A DNA stretch of 64,000 nt. Source: Eledone cirrhosa (lineage: Eukaryota). Both the position numbers and the translations under genes were made by a program. Where the stretch lies: contig OZ024743.1 in the NCBI GenBank assembly GCA_964016885.1, positions 25,668,001 through 25,732,000 of the forward strand, written 5' to 3'. A model generated the notes under the pieces. That model saw nothing but the letters and a program-made list of their open reading frames with translations, searched no databases and had not been told where the DNA came from. Shown one piece after another: positions 15,661-28,081 of this stretch (positions are counted from its first letter, which is position 1; each line of letters starts with the position of its first letter).

Positions 15661-15860
15661 NNNNNNNNNNNNNNNNNNNNNNNNNNNNNNNNNNNNNNNN
15701 NNNNNNNNNNNNNNNNNNNNNNNNNNNNNNNNNNNNNNNNNNNNNNNNNNNNNNNNNNNNNNNNNNNNNNNNNNNNNNNNNNNNNNNNNNNNNNNNNNNN
15801 NNNNNNNNNNNNNNNNNNNNNNNNNNNNNNNNNNNNNNNNNNNNNNNNNNNNNNNNNNNN
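15661..15860. other. Assembly gap (200 N)
   Basis: Run of N. Confidence 1.
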
Positions 15861-15910
15861 CTGGCCTTGTGCTTATATAAGAAACTATTATTATTGTTAT
15901 TATTATTATT

Positions 15911-16100
15911 AAGGGCGGGGGATTGGTAGTGTCGGTAGAGGGTCGGACGCCATGCTTTTCAGCATAGAGTTACGCCCTTTTATGGTCTGAGTTCAAATCC
16001 CGCCGAGGTTCACTTTTCCTTTCATCCTTACTGGGTCGATAAAATAAAGTACCAGTAATGGTACTTTATAATTGCCTTGAGCCAAAAGTAGAAACCATTA
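15911..16100 (+). mobile_element. tRNA-SINE with (ATT)n tail
   Basis: A/B boxes, Nin domain, ends agtagaaaccattattatt. Confidence 0.88.
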
Positions 16101-16114
16101 TTATTATTATTATT

Positions 16115-16290
16115 ATAACAATTTCCTTATTAGCTACACGGGGTTGACATTAAGTAAACACAAAAGACGGTATAAAATATCACGGAGTATAAAATATCAC
16201 GGCCATCATGAGCGCTAGGGTAAGAGCCCTTCCCAAGCCATCCTCTTCAAATCTACAAGCTTATCTCATAGCAGGCCCTATCAATAGATG
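16115..16290 (-). mobile_element. Short 3' fragment of an L1/Tx1-like LINE
   Basis: Reverse strand resembles 46575-46820 (gggaagggctcttaccctag versus ggagagggcacttgccctgg; ccccgtgtagctaataaggaaa terminus). Confidence 0.5.
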
Positions 16291-16600
16291 GGAGGACATT
16301 TCAAGGATTAAACGCAAAAATTGTGAAGGTTTACAAAGAGTCAAGTATGGAAAAAAAAAATTAGTACAAAAAAGTAAATTAAATGAGACGTCCCAATTGC
16401 TGGGTAGCATCTGTTGGAGAAATTAGAAAACCCTGCATATCATGGATTAACCGTAATTAAATATATACTGCATAGTTCTAATCCTAAACAAATTTTAAAA
16501 TGTCCGTGACAGTCTCTCTCCTTCTTTCCACCAATAACTCTATGCCACCGATGTCACGTTTACACATACAATCTACACATCCATCCATCCATACATACAT

Positions 16601-17193
16601 AGTGGCTGCCAACTCGTTTTCGAGTACGGCCACTACTTTATATCCATGTAGGAGAACCCCTACCGATGCGCTGAACGAGTGTGACTTTTTAGTCCAGCCA
16701 GCGACTTGAAAACTCTGGTACAAACACTACACTTGTGACAATTATTGACACATAGTGCTGGGCCCATGGTACCATGTGATGACAAGTGCAGAGAGATCTC
16801 CATGCCTGTGCCGTGAAGCTTTTATAGTGAGCAAAGGCACTGCACAAAGCCAGTCCCACTCCCTTAACCAAGATGATATTTACCAAAAAGAAGAACAAGT
16901 CAACATCATTGGATACCATCAGGGTTGCAGGTGTTATATCAGAGTTTTCCTTCTCCTAGAATTCTGCCTTGACAAAGGCTAAGGGGTCATCTCTCCCGGT
17001 GATTTTGGATGGCAATTGACTCTTAAGAGCTCCTTTGCCCTTTGACAGGTTTTTGTTTTTAGTCCTGCAGGATGTCCAAAGTCCCCCTCCTCACCAAGAA
17101 ACCTTGGTGGGGTTGCCAGTTTAGTCGCCAACGACCCGACCATGAGACAGGTTGTACTGGGATACATGTTACCAGTCGCACCAGTAGCACCAA
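16601..17193 (-). mobile_element. Bipartite non-autonomous RTE derivative (5'UTR-like part fused to the 3' zinc-finger end)
   Basis: Reverse strand contains taggagaaggaaaactctga (16939-16958) and the C2H2 end; (CATA)n on both sides. Confidence 0.65.
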
Positions 17194-17270
17194 TACATAC
17201 ATACATGCATACATACATACATACATACATACATACATACATACATACATACATACATACATACATACAT

Positions 17271-17681
17271 GGTGGCTGCCAACTCGTTTTCGAGTACGGC
17301 CACTACTTTATATCCATGTAGGAGAACCCTTACCGATGCGCTGAACGAGTGTGACTTTTTAGTCCAGCCAGCGACTTGAAAACTCTGGTACAAACACTAC
17401 ACCTGTGACAACTATTGACACATAGTGCTGGGCCCATGGTACCACGTGACGACAAGTGCAGAGAGATCTCCAGATATAAAGCAATGCCTGTGCCGTGAAG
17501 CTTTTATAGTGAGCAAAGGCACTGCACAAAGCCAGTCCCACTCTCTTAACCAAAATGATATTTACCAAAAAGAAGAACAAGTCAACATCATTGGATACCA
17601 TCAGAGTTGCAGGTGTTATATCAGAGTTTTCCTTCTCCTAGAATTCTGCCTTGACAAAGGCTAAGGGGTCATCTCTCCCGG
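17271..17681 (-). mobile_element. Second, 5'-truncated copy of the bipartite RTE derivative
   Basis: Near-identical to 16601-16998 with a 12-bp indel. Confidence 0.75.
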
Positions 17682-17777
17682 ACATACATACATACATACA
17701 TAGATACATACATACATACATACATACATACATACATACATACATACATACATACATACATACATACATACATACAT

Positions 17778-18067
17778 GATGGTTGCAAACTCTGCTAAGA
17801 CTATTGTAAACGCTTGTCAGATTCAGATGTGTGACGCTGGGATATGGCTTTTCAAGCCTGCTAGAGACTTGCACTCCTTCGCATACTGACGACAACCATG
17901 GATCTCCCTGGTCTGAGGTCTTGCATCAGGTTGCCTGTGAACCCTCACAATACCGCGGAAATCATAGTTCACTGGTTCTCTTTAAACATGGCTGCAACTG
18001 TGGCTCCTGAGACCAGATTTGCTCAAGCAAATTTTTCCACACTCAGGGCACTTCAATTAAATTCAAA
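17778..18067 (-). mobile_element. RTE-like 3' end, different subfamily, two degenerate C2H2 fingers
   Basis: Manual translation KCPECGKICLSKSGLRSHSCSH and CRQYAKECKSLAGLKSHI; (TATG)n tail. Confidence 0.65.
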
Positions 18068-18119
18068 TACATACATAGATACATACATACATACATACAT
18101 ACATACATACATACATACA

Positions 18120-18153
<34 letters not shown>

Positions 18154-18187
18154 CATACATACATACATACATACATACATACATACA

Positions 18188-18221
<34 letters not shown>

Positions 18222-18671
18222 CATACATACATACATACATACATAGAAGAAGGCTTTTCAAGCTATTGATCATCCGAGTTCAGGTACTGAGAAGACGTTC
18301 TGCATACTGCTTCGTTTTAGTTTCTATCCCATGCCCCATTAAACTTGCCACTCCAAGTGCCAATTTACGAACCCACCGACATGTCCTGGCTAAGGTGTGA
18401 TCTTTTGCATTCAGTTCATATTCGTTTGACCATTTCAATTTATATAGTATCCGACACCAAGAATTTGTCAAGGGTAACTTTTGGGATTACTGGTACAGTT
18501 CATCGGATGGTCCTTTAGTCGGTTCCCATCTACCTAATTTCACTGGCAAGACTTGAGTTGACCCGATGTTATGGTAAATGACATATACTGAAAATTCCAT
18601 GTAGCAGGAATGAACCTGATATCTTATGATTGAGAAGCGAACAGAATTCTTAACCATATATATATATATAA

Positions 18672-18739
<68 letters not shown>

Positions 18740-18740
18740 G

Positions 18741-18782
<42 letters not shown>

Positions 18783-18807
18783 CACACACATATATATATA
18801 TACATAT

Positions 18808-18865
<58 letters not shown>

Positions 18866-19190
18866 CAAAACTATATGCATACATACATACACACGCTCGC
18901 CCAAACACACAGACTATAAATGCTCTGTTTTAGAGTGAGTGGTCCTTCCTGTTATGAACAATATCGGCATTAAAATAAATATTATTATTATCATTGTCAT
19001 CATCATCATTATCATCAACTATTATTATCGATATAGCTTACAAAAGAATCATTCCTAATATTTTCCTGTCTTTTGTGTTGTATATATTACAAGATTTATA
19101 TATTTTCTTTATACCTGCATATATAAGAGAATGTAGATATGCGTGCTTGTTTGTATGTGTGTGTGTGTGTGTTTGAAACTGTAGACATTA

Positions 19191-19234
<44 letters not shown>

Positions 19235-19744
19235 AATGTTGTATATATATATGCAAAATTGTTTCGTTTTATGAAGCATTGAGCAAATTTGAAAATATGT
19301 TGTTGTTGTTGTTGCTTTGCTACTTTAGAAGCCACCACAATGCTGAGGACATATAAATAATAATTCTTCTTAACACTGTCACAAGCAATTTGGGAAACGT
19401 TGAAAGTTGAATATGTCGGCCCCACTACTCAAATGCTACTATATTTTATTTCCCCGAAGAATGAAAACCGAAGTTGATCTCGCGGGGATTTGAACTCAGA
19501 AGACATAGAACCAGAACAAACACTGCAAAACAATTTATCTGACACAGTAACGATTCTGCTAATCCATCGTCTTTGATGGATTATACCTTACAATAATCAA
19601 AAAAGACAGCTCTCTCCGCATCATTCCGACGACTATTACTATTTATAGTTCAGTGACATTGTGATGGCTTCTCAAAAAACCGAAAAAATAAAGAAACCTA
19701 TGTTTTCAAAATGGCTACTGCGTTAGTTTCAACCAGTGAGTATT

Positions 19745-20375
19745 CAAGTCGTTCAAGCCTCTAAACTACTTTTTCAGCAAATTATAGTATGAAGAAGGCC
19801 ACAGCATAAGCCAAAGAAGCGGTTTAAGGTTGTCATAAAAGACAAACTTAAAGCTCTGTAGATTGATATGGTGAACTGGGAGAGACTGGCTGAAAGCCGT
19901 ACAACATGGAGTAAGATCATCAAATACAGATGTGATGTTCTTGAGAAAAAGCGATTGGGGCATGCTGTTTTGAAGCGTTCAATTCGTAAGCGGGATTCAA
20001 GCGCAATGCCTGCAAAAATGAAGCAGGAATTGAGGTGCAATGTATGCGGCCGATTTCTTCTAACAAGAGCTGGATTTGTAAGCCAACTGAAATCACACAA
20101 GCCAGGAAGAAATCAAGCCACCTGTAATCGAGCCACGGTACATTTGCAATGAGTGTGGCTTAATTTGTAAGACAGTGGGTGGACTGACCAGACATGGTAA
20201 AATGCATGAAGATGTACCCCAGCCGCTATTGCCAGGAGACAGACAGTTCAAGTGTCACATCTGTGACCGTGCCTACAAAACAAAAGCAGGTCGGAAAGGT
20301 CACCTGTGTGCACATGATCGTGCAATGTTCAATGAAGGGATGGCACTCTTTTAACAAGAAGTAGCAATTAGCAAT
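19745..20375 (+). pseudogene. RTE-clade LINE ORF C-terminus with three C2H2-type fingers and 3'UTR
   Basis: RRPQHKPKKRFKVVIKDKLK, NWERLAESRTTW; CNVC..LKSH, CNECGLICKTVGGLTRHGKMH, CHICDRAYKTKAGRKGHLCAH; 3' end repeated at 32731-32893. Confidence 0.8.
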
Positions 20376-21161
20376 ATATATACCTATATGTGCGTACGTG
20401 TGTGTGCGTGTGTGTGTGTGTGCGCGCGCGTGTGTGTGCGCGTGTGTATGTGTGTGTATATGTGTATACACCACATAACTTACACCACAACTGTTCATTC
20501 GCCTACACCAGAAATTTCTCCGTTAATATTGAGTAAGCTACTTTTCGTTAAAAGTCAATAGACAAATGATAATTCCTCGTAGACATGAAGCCCCAGAGAC
20601 TTTTATCTATGAATACCGAAAATTGGTGACATTTATTATTTTCCTCAATAATATTAGCAATATAAATGGGGAAGGTTGAAATCGAGAATCGAAACTTCAT
20701 CTGATTGCACTCCACGAATATATAATAAATTACAGCTAGTCATGAAGCCTCTGCCAAAAATAGGGAAAATCAGAATTTATAGTGTACAGAGCTCGTTAGA
20801 ATATATAATGTAGTCTGAAAGCATTACATTAGTATATTTAGCGGGGTAGAGGTCATGTTAAATCAGTGTATTTGTAACATCATTAGAAAAGCTAATTAAT
20901 GATATGCTATGTGTTTAAGAAGTTCGCTTTGCCATTACGTAGTCATGAGTATAATCTCACTGAGTGACGTATTGATCCAAAGTCTTCTGCTTTACCCTCG
21001 AATTGATCAAAGCTTTGTGATGGAGATACAAAGACGGGAAATGTGTGGAAGCCAGTCAAATAAACTACACCAGTTCTTGAGTAAAAGAAGACATAATCCG
21101 TCACCCAGTTTCCCAACCCTATATAGTCTATAAATGTCTTAAGTTGAAACCACTCTCTCTT

Positions 21162-21332
21162 ATCGGTAGAGGGTTGGACGCCATGCTTTCTAGTATAGTT
21201 ACGTCCCTTTACGGTCTGAGTTCAAATCCCACCGAGGTTAACTTTGCCTTTCATCCTTAAGGCGTCGATCAAATAAAGTACAGTAATGTACTGGGTAATT
21301 GCTGGCCTTGTGCCAAAAGTAGAAACAATTAT
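21162..21332 (+). mobile_element. tRNA-SINE (partial inverted copy follows at 21510-21596)
   Basis: B-box and Nin domain. Confidence 0.85.
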
Positions 21333-21911
21333 TCGGAGTAAATTTCAATGTTATTACGTGCTACCTCCTGCCACAGTAATACATAAGACAGTTTCTTCCA
21401 CACTTTCCTTCCACCAATCTCAGAATGCCTGTAAGACAATGATACGTATGGGCCTTCCTCCTCTCATTACGCCATCTGAATAAACAAATAATGGTGTCTT
21501 ATATAAAATAATTGTTTCTACTTTTGGCACAAGGCCAGAAATTATCCCAGTGCATTACTGGTACTTTATTTAATCGACCCCGTAAGGATGAAAGGTATGG
21601 GGCAGAAAATGCCGAGAGACGAGAGGGCGGCATTTTCAGCCCCATGGATTGTGTCTATTATATTCCCTTGTTAAATTTCTTTGTTCATACTGAACCCGGT
21701 CATTGAACTGATCATAGTATAATAAACCTTTAAGGAATTACACCAGTCCAGCCTCCTGTTATTTTATAATAATTAACTCCGTACTCGCACCATCAACAAC
21801 ACAAACGAAGACGGGTGAGTTGCATAACGTCGAGTGCTCTCCCTAATATTACATTAAGGTTGACTATACGGAATGACCACTTCTATCCAGTGGTGAACCA
21901 ACAAACCTAAA

Positions 21912-21977
<66 letters not shown>

Positions 21978-22146
21978 CCATTTGTTTTGTGTTGGGCTGT
22001 TTCAGCTTCGTATCTAAAAAGAGGGCAATAGTCCGGAAATATACTAAAATATACTGGGTAAAACATTACATCTTGTTTTGTTTTATTTGTCATCATTTGC
22101 CCTTCGTATTTTTCTACCATATATATATAAATAAATAAATATATAC

Positions 22147-22190
<44 letters not shown>

Positions 22191-22206
22191 ATGTGTGTAT
22201 ATATAT

Positions 22207-22273
<67 letters not shown>

Positions 22274-22756
22274 TGTGTGCGTGTGTGTGATTGTGTAGAT
22301 TTTTCATGTTATCAACTTTCCACTCAGATGTGATTATCACACAGGCGTGTTACCAATTATATATTGCGATATATTCTTTAAATACGTAGAACATTTCAGT
22401 GGGATACGCCTGTTTGAAAATGTTCTCCTTGTATTCAGCAACCAGCTGAGAATGTGTAAACGTTACTTACACACATACCTGTTGTATCACTTTTATCTGG
22501 ACGTGTTACTTTTCTTGCCTTCATTTCACTCCCAACAAATACATTCTTTTAGCGAATCGCTCTAATATAAATGATGTTAACATTTATGTAGCACTGCTTA
22601 TGTCTTAAAGCCGTGTTTACCTTCCTCAGAGCTTTTTGTTGTTGTTGTTGTTGTTGTTGTAGTTTGGGGGGGTATTTTTATTTTATATTATTTTTTTGTT
22701 TTGTTTTGTTTTGTTTTATTTTTTTCTTCTGTGTGTACATTCATTTCTGTAACTCT

Positions 22757-22813
<57 letters not shown>

Positions 22814-23225
22814 TTCTCTATCTCTCAAACACATATATACATGTTTGTGTATGTTTATATGTGGATGTGCGTGTATGAGTGTGTATATATGTATATATAT
22901 ATACATATCTGGCAGGAAGGTTACACGGTGCTGACGATAGCTAATAAGCTTGAAACTAGTACATCGTTCCTTTGCCAGTGTTGAACAAAAGGGCAACGAT
23001 GGTTGCTAAACACTGTACGGCTTAATTCGGGATGTTTGTTTACAAACAAACCGAGCATTATAATAAATGTTTGGTAAATCCATACGTACATATATATATA
23101 TGTGCATGTGTGTATATATACATACTACTGTACGTCTGTATACATATATCTATGTACGTATACATACTTATATTTAAGTAACAGCCGTACTAAGAGTGAG
23201 AAATGAAATTTCGTTTCATTTTTTC

Positions 23226-23271
<46 letters not shown>

Positions 23272-23631
23272 TATATACATACATACATAAGGAAATGAGG
23301 GTTTTTTAATAAAAAATAAAACAGATGTCCTGTATAAGTATAAGAAAAAGAAATCGAAAATGCAACTGGAGTCTTTTAAAAGTATTTGTTTATTTCCTTT
23401 GCGGGTTTCACAGTTATTATGCTTTTCAAAAGTAGAATTGAGATGGAGGGCTTGTGGTTTGTCTCGCATCCTTATATATATATATATGTAAATACACACA
23501 TATATACACACACACACATATATATATATATACATATATATAGACATATTTGGGAAAGTAAAAAACAACACAGGAGTGCAGTATATATATAAATATAAAT
23601 ATACATGTACAGACACACACACACACAGACA

Positions 23632-23684
<53 letters not shown>

Positions 23685-23698
23685 ACACGCACACACAT

Positions 23699-23789
<91 letters not shown>

Positions 23790-24654
23790 TGTCCTTTAGA
23801 ATTATAATAAAAACACGCATTAACTGAATAACGGGCTCAGGGCAAGGTAAAATCAAATGTTTATTATGAGTGTTGAGCGTTCCTCCTATGTTTCTAAATA
23901 TGGGGATTGAGCAAATAAAAAGCAGTGAAGGATCTATGACACGAAATTCTCTTCTCCAAACTCTTAGTACTCAATAAACAGTCTGAATAAACCTTTCCCT
24001 GCAGACATACATTTAGACCTCTGAAATATCTAAACCCCACCATTGTCTTCCCCTTCACACATGCACATATCGTTCTAACCCTCTTCTAAAGGATCTACAC
24101 ATCTACTCCTTCCACTCCACCTTATTTCTGTATTTAACACAACGTCCCTAATTTATTTTAATATGGGGGTGTATGTATATGTGTGTCTGTGCATTTGTGT
24201 ATGTAAGTGTTTGTCCGTGTGTATGAGTGTATTGATTGGTGTACTTAAATTCACTAAAGATGCATTGAATAAAGCCCTGGATACACTTTGATTGTTCCGA
24301 TCCCATTTTATTCTGATTTTTATTGATTTCATTGTGGCTTTCTCCTACTTCTCCGATATATCTTACGTTTGTCAATCAATATATAGCTCCTCCCCCTTAT
24401 GAGATGGTTGAAGTTAGCACAAACCAATTCTATTTTACCAACGAAAAGATGATTTAAACTTGACATTCTGGCATTCTATCCTATAATAACTGTTTCTACT
24501 TTTGGCACAAGGCCAGCAATTATCCTAGAGCATTACTGGTACTTAATTTTATCGACCCCGTTAGAATGAAAGGCAAAGTTAACCTCGGCGGGATTCAACC
24601 TGGGACTCATATATATATATATATGTGTGTATATATATATATATGGATATATAT

Positions 24655-24789
24655 CCAGAAATAGCCGTCGAAACGGCTTGAGCTCTGCTGTCGGGGTTAA
24701 ACCTTTTCCTATTACCCACTCTACTACCCTAAGTATTGAGTACTCTGGTGCGTTATGGTCCATCTGGTTCCTTACCACACCTCCTTCAT

Positions 24790-24820
<31 letters not shown>

Positions 24821-24856
24821 CAGCTCCAGTCCTGTATAAGCCAGTTCTCTCTCTCG

Positions 24857-24895
<39 letters not shown>

Positions 24896-25084
24896 GGAAC
24901 AAGTAAGACCCCGACGGCTGAGCTCAAGCCGTTTCGACGGCTAATTCTGTAAAGAATTAGCCGTCGAAACGGCTTGAGCTCAGCCGTCGGGGTCTTACTT
25001 GTTCCTATTACCCACTCTACTACCCTAAGTATTGAGTACTTTGGTGCGTTATGGTCCACCTGGTTCCTTACCACATTTCCTTCG

Positions 25085-25085
<1 letters not shown>
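24655..25085 (+). mobile_element. Two copies of (AT)n-embedded family C carrying a hammerhead 3' half
   Basis: GAAA-cggc ttgagctca gccg-TC-ggggtc; copies 24655-24790 and 24953-25085, the latter with a perfect inverted arm 24894-24948; relatives at ~9735-9790 and 54946-55068 (-). Confidence 0.7.
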
Positions 25086-25174
<89 letters not shown>

Positions 25175-25179
<5 letters not shown>

Positions 25180-25355
25180 TGGCTTCTACAGGACTGGAGC
25201 TGTTTCATTCGAGAGAAATCAACAGAGAGCCCTGATGTTTCTCCCGAATGAAACAGTTCTAGTCCTGTAGAAGCCAGTTCTATATTAAATATTTATACTC
25301 TGCTATGTATTGAGTACCTTACTTACTGTGGTTACCCCCGATTGAGCCCGGGATA

Positions 25356-25358
<3 letters not shown>
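25175..25358 (+). mobile_element. Family A copy with fold-back hammerhead pair
   Basis: Arms 25175-25225 / 25232-25281; same 3' tail as 4999-5065. Confidence 0.75.
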
Positions 25359-25398
<40 letters not shown>

Positions 25399-25500
25399 AG
25401 ATATGTGTGGTGAGATGAGTTAGTAATATTAATCGGCGTTAGTTGTAATATGGACACACACACACACACACATAGACACACACACACGTGTGTGTGTCTA

Positions 25501-25531
<31 letters not shown>

Positions 25532-26284
25532 GAGCCCCTTGATAACGTATTTCCTTTTGATTATTTCAATGATATACATGCCTTCTGGTGTGTGTACAAT
25601 TGTATAAGTACACATGTGTGTATATATGAGCGTATGTGTGACTGTCTGAGTGTCTGTTTGCGTACATACATATAAGTGCATGTGTATGTATAGATGTATC
25701 CGTGTGTACGTAACTGCGTGCGTGTTTATGTATGTACCACGCTAGTCAATGCCTGTGTCTGTGTGTGTGTCTGTGTGTGTGTCTGTGTGTCTGTGTGTGT
25801 GTCTGTCTGTGTGTGTCTGTCTGTGTGTGTGTCTGTGTATGTGTGTGTGTGTGTGTGCGTCCGTGTGCTTGTGTATGTGTACTTATATTATATTCAACAC
25901 CAGTAGATGAATGTCTAATGAGCAGTAAATTAATGCCGAACATCATTGTACGCTCGGATCAAGTGCGGGGGACGGGAAGAGACCCTTAACTGTAGCTAGC
26001 CGAAGACCCTTCAGGGACCCTAATAGATATGTAAATATACGTCTAACCCCTTTTGGGGTTGTTGTTTTTTTTACTTTTCTCATTCTCCCCCCCTCCCCCC
26101 AGTTCCCCTGTCTCTTCTTCCTCCTCTCTCTCTATCTCTCTCTCTCGCCTTCTCCCTCTTTGTCTCTCTGAGTGCTATACATCCACCACCTCTTTACTCT
26201 CTGCAGTTTTAACTACTCTATAGTAAATTGAATGGAGTTAGATAAATAGAAAACGTTAAGTGGCAATAACACATGTCAGCAGCA

Positions 26285-26811
26285 ATACAACGACATGAAC
26301 AACAACAACAACAACAACAACAACAGCAACATCAACAACACCAGCTGCAACAACGACAACAACAACAACAACAACAACAGCAACAGCAGCAACAACAACA
26401 ACAACACCAGCGGCAACAACAGCAACAACAACAACAACAACAACAACACGAGCTGCAATAACAACAACAACACCAGCGGCAACAACAGCAGCAACAACAA
26501 CAACAACAACAACAACAACACGAGCTGCAATAACAACAACAACAACAGCAACAACAACAACAACAACAACACCAACAGCAACAACAACAACAACAACAGC
26601 AACAACAACAATAAAACAACGACGACGGCAAGTGGCATTGATAATAACAAGTAGAACGATGACAACTACGGCGAAAACGACAACAACAACAACAACAACA
26701 ATGATAACAATAACAACAATAACAACAACAACGACAACAGTGGTATTAATGATAACAACTATAACGATGACAACAACAGCAAATGTAGCATACAAAATAA
26801 CAACGAAGGCG

Positions 26812-26848
<37 letters not shown>

Positions 26849-27025
26849 CGACGACAACGACGATGACGATGACGACAACAACAACAACAACAGTGGCAAC
26901 AGTGACATAATAACAGGTACAGCGATGACGACAACAACAACTATTATGGTGAATACAAGAATAACAACAATAAATGTGACATACAATATAACGACGACAG
27001 CAACAGCTGAAGAAGAAGAAGAATG
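26285..27025. repeat. (CAA/CAG)n-rich compound trinucleotide array with higher-order units
   Basis: Recurring aacaccagcggc and aacacgagctgcaat blocks. Confidence 0.92.
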
Positions 27026-27226
27026 ATAAAACCCTTCCTTATTTGCTTTCACAAAGGCCAATGATGAAGGGAATATTATCATACCCATGATTAACTGGGT
27101 ACAGAGACCAATATCTTAGTGGGATAAGAGGAATAGATTATCATATTTATCCCAATACGTCACTCGACCTTTATTTTATCGACCCCTGCAAAGATGCAAG
27201 TCAAGATCGACCTTGGTAAGAATTTA

Positions 27227-27704
27227 CAGAGTCTTACCAAAACAGAGTCTTACCAAAGCAGAGTCTTACCAAAGCAGAGTCTTACCAAAGCAGAGTCTTA
27301 CCAAAGCAGAGTCTTACCAAAACAGAGTCTTACCAAAGCAGAGTCTTACCAAAACAGAGTCTTACCAAAGCAGAGTCTTACCAAAGCAGAGTCTTACCAA
27401 AGCAGAGTCTTACCAAAGCAGAGTCTTACCAAAGCAGAGTCTTACCAAAGCAGAGTCTTACCAAAACAGAGTCTTACCAAAGCAGAGTCTTACCAAAACA
27501 GAGTCTTACCAAAGCAGAGTCTTACCAAAGCAGAGTCTTACCAAAACAGAGTCTTACCAAAGCAGAGTCTTACCAAAACAGAGTCTTACCAAAGCAGAGT
27601 CTTACCAAAACAGAGTCTTACCAAAGCAGAGTCTTACCAAAACAGAGTCTTACCAAAACAGAGTCTTACCAAAGCAGAGTCTTACCAAAGCAGAGCCTTA
27701 CCAA
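27227..27704 (+). repeat. 16-bp minisatellite (cagagtcttaccaaaR), about 30 copies
   Basis: Head-to-tail units varying essentially only at the last base (A/G). Confidence 0.97.
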
Positions 27705-28081
27705 TAATTGTTTCGTCTTTTGGCACAAGGCCAGCAATCACCCAGCACATTACTGGTACTTTATTTTATCGATCCCGTAAGGATGAAAAGCAAAATTAAC
27801 CTCAGCGGGATTTGAACTCCGTCCTTAAAGGGACGTAACTCTATGCTGGAAAGAATGGCGTCCGACTCTCAAATAATGATTTCTAATTTAGGCATCAGGC
27901 CAACAATTTGTGGAGTGGAGGAGCCGATACGCAGACCAGGTGTAACTGGTAATGTGTTTTTAACGACCCCTGGGGAATGAAAATAGAGCTAACTTCGATA
28001 GGATTTAAACTCAGAATGTAAAGGGAGGGGACTCAATTCCGTAAAGCATGTTGTCTTAAATTCTACCGATATTGCCAATCC
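27705..28081 (-). mobile_element. Two adjacent tRNA-SINEs
   Basis: Family motifs at 27705-27870 and, more degenerate, 27873-28081. Confidence 0.8.

Noticed and set aside
26256-27088. PolyQ/polyN/polyT protein exon
   Set aside because: Open in several frames only because of (CAA)n; no flanking domain or splice evidence
27194-27799. 201-aa repetitive ORF, or a CRISPR-like array
   Set aside because: 16-bp head-to-tail minisatellite with no unique spacers; eukaryotic context, no cas genes
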